Shown here one piece after another: positions 7,400 through 15,558 of a DNA stretch of 32,000 nucleotides. How positions within the stretch are numbered: position 1 is the first letter of the stretch; every line of letters begins with the position of its first letter. The position numbers and the translations under genes were made by a program. This stretch comes from an uncultured Alphaproteobacteria bacterium (lineage in GTDB: Bacteria; Pseudomonadota; Alphaproteobacteria; Rhizobiales; Aestuariivirgaceae), in the NCBI GenBank assembly GCA_963789175.1, contig CAWBJO010000009.1:138218-170217 (forward strand), read 5' to 3'. A model generated the notes under the pieces. The model did not search any database, was not told where the DNA came from, and saw only the letters and a program-made list of their open reading frames with translations.

Positions 7400-8736
7400 G
7401 GAGCGAGCCGCTCACCGGCGCGGCACGCCATGCAGCCGACGGAAACACCGCGCCCGGACATGCCTTCGCTCTTCGCGATATCGGCGCCGAAAGCCATCGA
7501 TACGGCACCGGCGAGGGAACGCCGGCCGCCATCCATCTGCCAGCTTCGTCCGTCAGCGGAATAAAAGAAGTCGGCATGCAACCCGTCGGGGCCGATAAAG
7601 ACGCCGAGCCACACCGGCTCGGTGCCGACGACGAGCGAGCCCGATTCCTTGACCACACCGGCCGCGGAGGCCGTGCAGCGCCGCCATGTGGAGGCGAGGT
7701 TCGAATCGTACTCCCACCACGCACCGTTTGCGGGCGAGGAGGAAAGGCCGGCATCGTGCAGGCCGGCCCGGGCAATGAAGCGATCGGGCCAGGCCGACAG
7801 CGTCTCCACGGCGAGGCGCGTCAGGAACAGCACGGCGCCGGATCCCAGCTCCAGCGTGCCGACGGCGCTTCCCAAGCGCGCGGCACCCGCCGCCGTCGTA
7901 CCGGTGAGAACCCTCCAAGCCTGGCCGCCGGTTTCGACACCGGCGTCCGCTCCGCTTTGCGACGCAGCGAGCAGGCCGTGCGACAGCGTGTCGGCGAAGA
8001 CGTCGAACGATGCGCGGAAGCGCCCGCAGGACACATCGACCCAGCACCCGTCCGTCGCATCGTAGGCGAGAGCGATGGTATCGCCCGGCATGAGGACACG
8101 CGGCAGCCGATCGGCGAAGCGGAAGCGGTTGCCGGACGACGAGGCCTCGGACTGGTGAACGAGGATCAGGAGGTTGCCGCCGGCATCCGCCGTCGCGTTG
8201 GTCAGGAGCGCGAGCCGGGTCGGCGCACCGCCCGCAAGACCCGTGACGATGAGGGGAGCGGGCGGCGCGAAGCGGATGTGGGTCGCACGCGAAGGATGGT
8301 CCCCGTTCCATCCCGGCCAATCGAAGTCGTTCCAGGTTCCGGAGGGATCGCAGGTGACCGCGTTGCCCAGTTCGCAGGAGGAATGGAGCGGCGTGGTGCG
8401 GTGCGCCTCCTCCCAGCCGATCGCCGTGCGGATGAGATCGCGCCGCTCGTCGGCGATCCAGGCGCGCCAGCCGTCGCGCGGCGTGAGGAAGGACCAAGCG
8501 CCGTCGGCACGAGCGGCGATCGTGCCGTCACGGCCAGCCCAGTCGCCGCCGGCGCCGGCGGGAACGAGGTAGCGCTCGCCATCGACCGGTGCGGGCGGCG
8601 GCATCGCCGTCGTGCGCGACATGCAGGCGAGGTGAACGAGGGCGTCGAGGCGCAGAAGCGACTCGTTGAGCGTCACGTGCTTCTGCGCCTGGCTGGCGGC
8701 GAGAAAAGGAAGTGCGAGGTTCGGGGTTTCAGACAT
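7396..8736 (-). CDS. DUF2793-domain tail-fibre-like protein, 446 aa
   Basis: Internal ATG at 8736-8734. N-terminus MSETPNLALPFLAASQAQKHVTLNESLLRLDALV...PPPAPVDGERYLVPAGAGGDWAGRDGTIAA..GAWSF..PRDGWRAW is the DUF2793 signature as I remember it. The start overlaps the g15 stop (ATGTCTGA). The 113 upstream codons in the track ORF lie inside g15 in another frame. Confidence 0.8.
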   Translation of the reverse strand: MSETPNLALPFLAASQAQKHVTLNESLLRLDALVHLACMSRTTAMPPPAPVDGERYLVPAGAGGDWAGRDGTIAARADGAWSFLTPRDGWRAWIADERRDLIRTAIGWEEAHRTTPLHSSCELGNAVTCDPSGTWNDFDWPGWNGDHPSRATHIRFAPPAPLIVTGLAGGAPTRLALLTNATADAGGNLLILVHQSEASSSGNRFRFADRLPRVLMPGDTIALAYDATDGCWVDVSCGRFRASFDVFADTLSHGLLAASQSGADAGVETGGQAWRVLTGTTAAGAARLGSAVGTLELGSGAVLFLTRLAVETLSAWPDRFIARAGLHDAGLSSSPANGAWWEYDSNLASTWRRCTASAAGVVKESGSLVVGTEPVWLGVFIGPDGLHADFFYSADGRSWQMDGGRRSLAGAVSMAFGADIAKSEGMSGRGVSVGCMACRAGERLAP

Positions 8737-11700
8737 GCAGGAGGCTTTCGGTCGAGGCGCCGCGGCCATAGGTGGAACTGATCTGGGCGATGCGAACGGC
8801 AAAGGCCGGCTGCAGCGCGCCGAAATCGGCAAGCTCGTCGGCACGCGCATAAACGTATGACGGCGCGTCGACGGCCGCGGCGCGCACCACGACGCCTCCC
8901 GAGAGGATGTCGAGCGCGTAGCGTTCGGCCGGTTCGTCGAGCGGCACGTCGGCGAGCGCCCAGCTGTCGCCGCCATAGCGGGCCTGGCGCGTCCACGCGA
9001 TCTCGGTGTCGCCGTCGGGGCGGCGCCGGGCGCGCGGATGGCAGGGTGCCAGGGGCCGCGCCGCCTTTGCCGCAACGGTGGCCGTCGTCTCGACGTAGGT
9101 CGACTCGCCAGGGCCGTGGCTGCGCGGACCGATGCGCCAGGTGACGGCGAGGCCGGCGTCGGCCGTCTTGAGCGGCAGCTGCAGCAGGCTCGAATCGAGA
9201 AGGACGAAATCCGTGCCCGCCGGCCGCAGGTTCAACATCTCCGGCGCCGAGCCGTGCTGGCCGCGCAACAGTCCCGACAGGCGGTAGGTCGACGGCGCGA
9301 CGAGCTCGGCGACCTCGAACTGAATCACCTCGAAGCCCGTCTCTTCATTTCCGACAGCGGCGAGGTTGGCGCCGGCGAGCAGGCTTTCACGGTCGACGGA
9401 CTGCAAGCCGCCGCGGTCGATGACGACGATCAGCTCGTTCGTCGCATCCCGCCGCCACAACGGTCCCGCCGCGAGGCCGTCCAGCGTCGCACCCAATACG
9501 GACGGCTTGCCGATCGTTCCGGCCAGGACGTATTCGGCTCCCATGCGGCGATAGACGGCAAGGCCGGAGCCCCACGGATCGGCGTCGGCGGCGACCCAGA
9601 GATTCAGGGGCTGATCCGATGCCGCCCAGGGAAGCTCCATCAGGACGGCACGCGGCGCGCCGAAGACGGGCAGGCCGGCAACGGCCGGGGCACGCCGCGC
9701 CGCCGTGGAGGCCGCGGGCGCGGCCGCGACGCTCTCGGAGGCTGTGACGGCGAGCGCCGCACCGGCGGCGATCTCGTCGATGCGCAAGGCCGAAGTGCGG
9801 CCGTCATGGAGAAGCCGCACCGCATCGCCCGGCTCGAGACTGAGGAAGCTCGGCGGCAAGGCGAAAGTCGCGGTCTCACGGCTCGTCCATGCGTCGTGGA
9901 GGACAGCGTCGGCGGCGCGCTGGGCAATCGACTGCGGCAGGATGGCGGGAAGATCGATGAGCGCATCGACGCGGCCGCTCGCGGATTGCCGCCGCGCCTC
10001 GACGACGGCAGTGCGGTAGTCGCGCGCCGTCTCGCGGTAGGCGAGCTTGATGGCGGTGGGGAGGTCGCCGGCCTGGGAGCGCTTGAGCGAGAAGAGCGGC
10101 TTGTCGGCCGCCCGTTCGACGAGATCGCCCGGCGCGACGACGACGCCGGTGGCATCGCGGCGATGGATGAATCGCAAGGTGCCCCCCTGCTCGACGGCGT
10201 CGAAGGCGAAGGACCGCATCAGCGGTTCGAGCGCCGCGCGAGCCGACATCACGCCGTCGATCACGTAGCCGTCGATCACGCCTTCGAGCCCGTCCGTGTC
10301 GAAGGTGGAAAATCCGTATCGCTCGAGAATGCCGGCCACCAGCTCGGCCAGGGGTGCGGAGCCGAGACGGCCGTTCAGCCAATGTCCCGTTTCGTAGTTG
10401 TCGCCGTCCGACCACACGGACGTGAGCGCCGGAAAGGCGGGATGGGGCCGAGCGTCCCAAGCCCACAGGAAGATGCGCGCCGGATCGACCATGGATCCAC
10501 CGTATACGGTGGAAACCGGATTGGCGGGCGATGCGGCGCGCCAGTGACGGATCAACGCCTCGAGGTGGCGGCGCTGCATGAAATCGTCGCGCGCACCCGA
10601 TGAGCCGTAAGGCACGGCGCTCTCGGCCGACTTCGGATCGACGAAGACATTGGGCCCGTTGGCGCCCTTGTCGACGGCCGGGCAGCCGGCCTCGGCGAAC
10701 CAGATGGGTTTCGACTGCGGCACCCAGGGCGTCGGGGCGACCGCACCGGCGATGCGTTCGGCGTGCACGTTGCTCCACCAGCCGCGCAGGTCCTTGGCGC
10801 GATGGACCCACTCGGCGATCGGGGTGCGCAGCTGCGCAGCCCGGTCGGCATCCGAGGCGTAATACCAGTCGTAGTATTCGCTGCCTTCGACATTGGCATC
10901 GAGATAGGCGCGCGCATAGGGCGAAGCATGGCCGGCCAGGCGGTCGAGATGGGTTTCGCCGTCGCGCCAGTCGGCAAGCGGGAAATAGTTGTCGATGGCG
11001 ACGAAGTCGGTATCGGGCGAGGCCCAGACGCGGTCGAGCGGAAAGCGGATGTCGCCCGCACCGTCATCCGGCAAATAGGCTCCGTATTCGCTCCAGTCGG
11101 CGGCATAGGAAATCTTGGCGTTCGGGAGGATGGCGCGAACCTCGCCGGCGAGCGCGACCAGCGCATCGGCGGCCGGAAATCCGCCCGCGCCGTCGCGAAG
11201 ACGCGTCAGGCCGCGGAACTCGCTGCCGAGGAGGAAGGCGTCGACGCCGCCCGCCTCGGCGCACAGGCGCGCATAGTGGTGGATCATGCGCCGCAGACCC
11301 CAGCTCGCCGCGGTTCCGAAGAATGCCGCCACGCCGGCGGCGACGTCGCTTGCGGGCGGCGACGATATGCGTCCGCGCCAGGGAAAGGCGGGCTGCCCGG
11401 ATGCGCCGGTCACTGGATCGGGAAGCGTGTTGCCCGGCGGTATGTCCATGAGAATGAAGGGGTAAAACATCACCGCGAGGCCGCGCGCCTTGAGATCGCG
11501 GATGGCGCGGATGACGGAAGCATCCGACGGCGTGCCGCCGAAGTTCGCACCCGTAGCGCCTTGCGAGATGAGATGCGCCTCGCCGCGGTCGAGGCCGGCG
11601 ACCGACCAGGCATCGGGCTTCGTCGATTTCTGTCGGACTTCGACACCGGGCTTGATGGCGCAATGGCCGCATCGCAAATCGTCGCCGAACCAAGCGACGG

Positions 11701-12517
11701 TGAGCGCCGCCGCCTCGATCGCCGGCGCCATGTCCTGGAGCTGGTCGAGCGAGACCGTCCAATCGGCGACGCCCGCCCCGGTGTGGACGTTCTCCGCCTC
11801 GGTCGCCGCCCGGCCGATGCGCCGCGTCACGATCTCGGTGTCGTAGCCGAACTCGGTCGCCCCGGGGATGATGTCGACGGCACGGATCATGGTTTCCAGC
11901 GCAGCGGTGCGGCGCGTCACCTCGAAGGAGAGCTGCGGCAGCCGGTTGCCGTAGGCGGCGAGCGGCATGCGCTCGAACACGATGTAGGCAAGACCGCGAT
12001 AGGCGGGTGCGGCGTCGGCGCCCTCCTTGGCGAGAATCAGGCCGTCGGGCATCTGGTCCTCGTCGCCGCGGTAAAAGCGCCAGGTGAGGGTGTCGAGGGT
12101 GATCTCCTTGCCATCCGCCCAGACGCGGCCGATGGAAGAGACGGGACCCTCGCAAAGCCCGACGGCGAAGTTCGCGTAGTAGGAATAAGTGGTCGCCGCG
12201 TCCGAGCCGGCGTCGGTTCCCTTCGCGCCGGTGCCGGCGCTGCGCGTCGCCTCCTCCTCGAAGTCGGTCGCCCAGATCACCTGGCCAGCGATGCGGGCCC
12301 TGCCCCACACGACCGGGATCGAAGCACCCTCGCTCGAGCCCATGACGGTGAGATCGTCGAGGCGCGGTCCCTTCGTCGTGCGGCCCTTCCCGAACAGGCG
12401 CGCGTCGGCAAGGCTGCCGATGAGGCCGCCGGCGGCACGACCGAGGATGCCGCCGAGCGGTCCACCCAGCATGCCGCCGACCGCGGACCCGACATATTGA
12501 AGCGCGACGGTCGCCAT
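8729..12517 (-). CDS. GTA host-specificity / baseplate megatron protein (RcGTA g15 homologue), 1262 aa
   Basis: N-terminal glycine-zipper segment. A central glycoside-hydrolase-like TIM-barrel region is typical of GTA g15 (WFGDDLRCGHC..IKPGVE, VIRAIRDLKARGLAVMFYPFILMDI, FLLGSEFRGLT, WFAEAGCPAVDKGANGPN). Long C-terminal phage-tail domain. Size and position after the NlpC/P60 gene both fit. Confidence 0.9.
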   Translation of the reverse strand: MATVALQYVGSAVGGMLGGPLGGILGRAAGGLIGSLADARLFGKGRTTKGPRLDDLTVMGSSEGASIPVVWGRARIAGQVIWATDFEEEATRSAGTGAKGTDAGSDAATTYSYYANFAVGLCEGPVSSIGRVWADGKEITLDTLTWRFYRGDEDQMPDGLILAKEGADAAPAYRGLAYIVFERMPLAAYGNRLPQLSFEVTRRTAALETMIRAVDIIPGATEFGYDTEIVTRRIGRAATEAENVHTGAGVADWTVSLDQLQDMAPAIEAAALTVAWFGDDLRCGHCAIKPGVEVRQKSTKPDAWSVAGLDRGEAHLISQGATGANFGGTPSDASVIRAIRDLKARGLAVMFYPFILMDIPPGNTLPDPVTGASGQPAFPWRGRISSPPASDVAAGVAAFFGTAASWGLRRMIHHYARLCAEAGGVDAFLLGSEFRGLTRLRDGAGGFPAADALVALAGEVRAILPNAKISYAADWSEYGAYLPDDGAGDIRFPLDRVWASPDTDFVAIDNYFPLADWRDGETHLDRLAGHASPYARAYLDANVEGSEYYDWYYASDADRAAQLRTPIAEWVHRAKDLRGWWSNVHAERIAGAVAPTPWVPQSKPIWFAEAGCPAVDKGANGPNVFVDPKSAESAVPYGSSGARDDFMQRRHLEALIRHWRAASPANPVSTVYGGSMVDPARIFLWAWDARPHPAFPALTSVWSDGDNYETGHWLNGRLGSAPLAELVAGILERYGFSTFDTDGLEGVIDGYVIDGVMSARAALEPLMRSFAFDAVEQGGTLRFIHRRDATGVVVAPGDLVERAADKPLFSLKRSQAGDLPTAIKLAYRETARDYRTAVVEARRQSASGRVDALIDLPAILPQSIAQRAADAVLHDAWTSRETATFALPPSFLSLEPGDAVRLLHDGRTSALRIDEIAAGAALAVTASESVAAAPAASTAARRAPAVAGLPVFGAPRAVLMELPWAASDQPLNLWVAADADPWGSGLAVYRRMGAEYVLAGTIGKPSVLGATLDGLAAGPLWRRDATNELIVVIDRGGLQSVDRESLLAGANLAAVGNEETGFEVIQFEVAELVAPSTYRLSGLLRGQHGSAPEMLNLRPAGTDFVLLDSSLLQLPLKTADAGLAVTWRIGPRSHGPGESTYVETTATVAAKAARPLAPCHPRARRRPDGDTEIAWTRQARYGGDSWALADVPLDEPAERYALDILSGGVVVRAAAVDAPSYVYARADELADFGALQPAFAVRIAQISSTYGRGASTESLLHV

Positions 12518-12961
12518 TCATCCGGCCTTGAAGCGGTAGACGTATGCCAGGCGGCGGCGCCACCACGCCGCGAGCGGGATCTCGCAGACGGCGGCACCAC
12601 TCTGGGCGTGGATCATAGTGCGATCGCTCGCCGCGATGCCGGCGTGGCGGGCCGGAAAGCTCGAGCGCCACCGGAAGAGCAGCACCTCCCCGCCGAAGAG
12701 GCTTCGGTGATCGACCGGAACCAGGTGGCGCGCGGCCGCATCGGCGAGAAGCTCGAAGCCGCCTGATTCCGCCCAGGTCGCCGCGTAGGGCGGCGGGTTT
12801 TCCGGCTCGGCGCCGAAGAGGTCGCGATAGACGCCGCGCACGAGACCGAGGCAATCGGCGCCGACGCCGCGAACCGATGCCTGGTGGCGATAGGGCGTGC
12901 CGATCCAGGCCCGCGCGGCGGCGACGACCCGCCGGGAGAGCTCGCGCTCGCTATCGTGCAT
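12518..12961 (-). CDS. NlpC/P60 cell-wall peptidase (RcGTA g14 homologue)
   Basis: WIGTPYRHQASVRGVGADCLGLVRGVY contains the catalytic Cys. A downstream His lies in RHAGIAASDRTMIHAQ. ATG at 12961 overlaps g13 by 11 nt. Its stop abuts the g15 ATG (TGAATG). Confidence 0.85.
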   Translation of the reverse strand: MHDSERELSRRVVAAARAWIGTPYRHQASVRGVGADCLGLVRGVYRDLFGAEPENPPPYAATWAESGGFELLADAAARHLVPVDHRSLFGGEVLLFRWRSSFPARHAGIAASDRTMIHAQSGAAVCEIPLAAWWRRRLAYVYRFKAG

Positions 12962-13820
12962 CGTTCCCCGTCGCGTAGGAGAGCACGAAATCGTTGCCGG
13001 GCATGTGCGGGAAGCCGCGAAAATTTGCGGCGTTGGCAAACTTGGCGCGGCAGGTCGAGAACTGCTTGTCGCATCCGGCGACGACCGTGAAGCCGTCGCC
13101 CGGCACGATCAGCGCCATCGCCGGTTGCCAGAGTTCGAAGACGTCGCGGTCCTGATCGCGGCGATGGGTGAGGATCTCGACGCCGGCGCCGGCGTTGGCG
13201 CCATCGATCCAAGTCAGCCGGCCGCGTGCGAACCAGCCGTCGGCGAACGCGCCGAGGCCGTCGGCCGCGAACCGCGATGGCGAAGCGACCATCGATACCG
13301 TCCCGCCGCCGCAGAACGCCGGAGCGGCGACAGCGACGCCGCAACGCGCATCGCCGAGCTCGGCATCGCAGCCATACTGATAGAGCCGGCCTTGCGGGCG
13401 CGACAGCGCGTGGGCCAGACCGCGCACCTCGGCGACGAACGCCGCACCATCGCGCGCGATCTCGCCGATGGTGCCGGTGCGCATCAGCAGGCGCTGATCG
13501 AGGTCGCGCCAGTTGACGAGCCAGACCTCGAGTGTGGCGTCGTCGAAGCGGCCCGCCGCGAGATCGGAGTCCGACAGGCGGTCGGAGCGCAGGGCGCCGG
13601 CGATCTCGAGATTGTCGACGCCGAGGCCGAGCGAGGCCTGCATCTCGCTTGCCGTGAAGCCCGCCGAGGCCTCGTAGCGTAGACCGTCGACCACCAGGTC
13701 GCGGTCGTGATCGGTGAAGCCGAGAACGCGGCCCGTCGCATCGGAGAGCTTCCAACACCAGCAGAGGGTGGTGGCGCCGCCGTCGAGATGCTCCTGGAGC
13801 CCCGCAGGTAGTACCCTCAT
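12951..13820 (-). CDS. DUF2163 + phage BR0599 domain protein, tail hub (RcGTA g13 homologue)
   Basis: LQEHLDGGATTLCWCWKL...GFTDHDRDL and C-terminal CDKQFSTCRAKFANAANFRGFPHMPG signatures. ATGA overlap with g12. Confidence 0.8.
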   Translation of the reverse strand: MRVLPAGLQEHLDGGATTLCWCWKLSDATGRVLGFTDHDRDLVVDGLRYEASAGFTASEMQASLGLGVDNLEIAGALRSDRLSDSDLAAGRFDDATLEVWLVNWRDLDQRLLMRTGTIGEIARDGAAFVAEVRGLAHALSRPQGRLYQYGCDAELGDARCGVAVAAPAFCGGGTVSMVASPSRFAADGLGAFADGWFARGRLTWIDGANAGAGVEILTHRRDQDRDVFELWQPAMALIVPGDGFTVVAGCDKQFSTCRAKFANAANFRGFPHMPGNDFVLSYATGNDAR

Positions 13821-14461
13821 ACGCGCAGCTCGACGATCGGAATGTCGGGGACCTCGCCGGCGCCGAAGCCGACGAGGCCGATCTCGAGGAAGTCGGTATC
13901 GAAGCGCACCGGCGTGTCGAACTCGAAGCCGGCCGTAACCGCCTGACCCGCGGCCGGAACGGAACTCGGAAAGAAGGTCACGAGGCCGGTTGCCGCATCG
14001 AGCACGTAGTGCTCATCCGCGGTCCTGCGAACCCCCGCGACGGCGACGACTACGGTCTCGCTCAGCGGCTTGCGGACCGGGCGGACATAGGCCGACGGTC
14101 CGACGCCATAGATCTTGCGCAGCTCGAAGGCCGCGGTCGCGCCGTCGCCCATGCCGAGCTCCTGATCGGCGTCGGAAACGGAGCGGCCCGACCGGCAGGA
14201 CCTGAAGTCGGCATGGTCGCGCCAGCGAAAACCATAGAGGCGGCCGCGGCGTTCCTCGAAGAAGGCGACGACGGCATGGATGTCGTCGAGAGACCGCACG
14301 CCGTAGCCGGCATTGTAACGTCGCCTCGCATGGGCCCAGCGCGAGTTGCGCTCCTCGAAACCCGAGCCAAGCGCGACGATCTCGGTGCGGCGTTCCGGTC
14401 CACCGCGGGCACCGCGCGAGATGGCGGACGGGAAGCGCACCTCGTGAAAGGCGGGACTCAT
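13817..14461 (-). CDS. DUF2460 distal tail protein (RcGTA g12 homologue)
   Basis: FHEVRFPSAISRGARGGPERRTEIVALGSGFEERNSRWAHARRRY matches the DUF2460/TIGR02217 pattern. ATGA overlap with g11. Confidence 0.8.
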   Translation of the reverse strand: MSPAFHEVRFPSAISRGARGGPERRTEIVALGSGFEERNSRWAHARRRYNAGYGVRSLDDIHAVVAFFEERRGRLYGFRWRDHADFRSCRSGRSVSDADQELGMGDGATAAFELRKIYGVGPSAYVRPVRKPLSETVVVAVAGVRRTADEHYVLDAATGLVTFFPSSVPAAGQAVTAGFEFDTPVRFDTDFLEIGLVGFGAGEVPDIPIVELRV

Positions 14462-15045
14462 CGGTTGCGTTGCCCCCGCTCGACGGCGCGAGCGAGCGCG
14501 GCGGCGATCTGCTGCTCGGAGCGACGGAAGCTCTCGGCATCGCTTGTCGTGATGTTCATGGTGACGGATACCGACGATGCGGCACCGGCCCGCACGCCGA
14601 GTTTGCCGTCGCTCGAGCGTGCCAGCGGCAGGATGGCCTCGGCTCCCTTCTCGCCCATGAGTCCCATGCCGGAATTCAGCGGAAACAATGTGGGGCCGTT
14701 GACGATGCCGCCCGACGCGAAGGCACGGATGCGTCCGGCGCTCACCACATTGCCTTTTGCATTGGCGAGGACGGCACCGAGAGCGCCGCCGAACAGATTG
14801 CCGGCGGCGTCGGACAGCGGCCGCAGGGCGGCCGCGAGAGCACGACTGCCAAGGCTCTGCACGAGCGATCGCAGGACGCCCGACAATTTGCGCCCGTCGG
14901 CCGCCGCGGCAAGGAAGGCGCCGCTCATGGCGGCGCCGAAGTTTTCGCCCAGCCGCGTCAGACCGGCGAGATCGCGGCTCAGCCCGTCAGTCGGGATTTT
15001 GGAGAACGCATGCTCGGTATCGGGCATCGATCTAGCCTCGGCCAT
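14458..15045 (-). CDS. short tail tape measure protein (RcGTA g11 homologue), 195 aa
   Basis: Position between chaperones and distal tail protein. Ala/Gly/Leu-rich helical sequence FGAAMSGAFLAAAADGRKLSGVLRSLVQSLGSRALAAALRPL is typical of GTA tape measures. ATG 15045 overlaps g10.1 by 14 nt. An alternative ATG lies at 15027. Confidence 0.75.
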   Translation of the reverse strand: MAEARSMPDTEHAFSKIPTDGLSRDLAGLTRLGENFGAAMSGAFLAAAADGRKLSGVLRSLVQSLGSRALAAALRPLSDAAGNLFGGALGAVLANAKGNVVSAGRIRAFASGGIVNGPTLFPLNSGMGLMGEKGAEAILPLARSSDGKLGVRAGAASSVSVTMNITTSDAESFRRSEQQIAAALARAVERGQRNR

Positions 15046-15226
15046 CGGGGAAACGCATCATCAGGGCTTCGAGCGCCGTGCGTTCGAGACGGGCGGCCGG
15101 AGCGTGGCAGTAGGCCGACAGCGCGGCCTCGAGCTCGCGCGGCGTCATGGCCCAGAAATCGCGGGGCGGCAGGCGCAGGAGGCCGAGACCGAGCTGCATC
15201 ACACGGCGCCAGGGAAATGCCGGCAC
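15032..15226 (-). CDS. rcc01693-family tail assembly chaperone (RcGTA g10.1 homologue), 64 aa
   Basis: FPWRRVMQLGLGLLRLPPRDFWAMTPRELEAAL matches the conserved FPW...GLG.L.L.P..FW.MTPREL pattern. GTG at 15226 lies 2 nt after the g10 stop, with an alternative ATG at 15199. The frame is -1 relative to g10 and stays open through all of g10. Confidence 0.65.
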   Translation of the reverse strand: MPAFPWRRVMQLGLGLLRLPPRDFWAMTPRELEAALSAYCHAPAARLERTALEALMMRFPDGRG

Positions 15227-15228
15227 GG

Positions 15229-15558
15229 TCACTCGCGTCCCGGCTCCGGCGCGAACGTCGCGGTCAGGAGGCGCATGACGATCTCGACGTAACCCGGGGC
15301 GCCGCGCGGCGATACGAGGCGTGCGACCTCGTCGTCGCCAACGTCGTTGCCGCCACCCCGCAGGCCGGCGCCGAGCACGCGGATGGCGTCGCGGGCACCG
15401 ATGCGCCCTGATTCGAACTTCTCGGCAAGAGCGAGGATGTCGGCGCCGCCGAAGGCCGATTCGAGCTCGGCCAGGGCCCCGAGCGTCAGACACAGGCGCC
15501 ATGTGCGGCCGCCGAGCTCGGCCGCGATCTCGCCGCGATGCAGGTTCGCCACCGTCAC
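15229..15558 (-). CDS. GTA-family tail assembly chaperone (RcGTA g10 homologue)
   Basis: HRGEIAAELGGRTWRLCLTLGALAELESAFGGADILALAEKFESGRIGARDAIRVLGAGLRGGG is the conserved GTA g10 pattern. GTG start overlaps the g9 stop (GTGA). Confidence 0.7.
   Translation of the reverse strand: MTVANLHRGEIAAELGGRTWRLCLTLGALAELESAFGGADILALAEKFESGRIGARDAIRVLGAGLRGGGNDVGDDEVARLVSPRGAPGYVEIVMRLLTATFAPEPGRE
15292..15298 (-). other. candidate -1 slippery heptamer C-CCG-GGT in g10 (formal X-XXY-YYZ pattern)
   Basis: On the minus strand g10 reads GCC CCG GGT. A -1 slip would enter the g10.1 frame, which has no stop from here to 15032. G/C-only heptamers are atypical, hence the low confidence. Confidence 0.2.

Noticed and set aside
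10763-12766. 667-aa plus-strand ORF (also 9038-10603, 521 aa; 11064-12854 minus, 596 aa) inside the g15 region
   Set aside because: These are antisense or out of frame to a gene with strong family signatures. Their Arg/Ala/Gly/Pro-rich composition shows no motifs, which is the classic shadow-ORF pattern of high-GC DNA.
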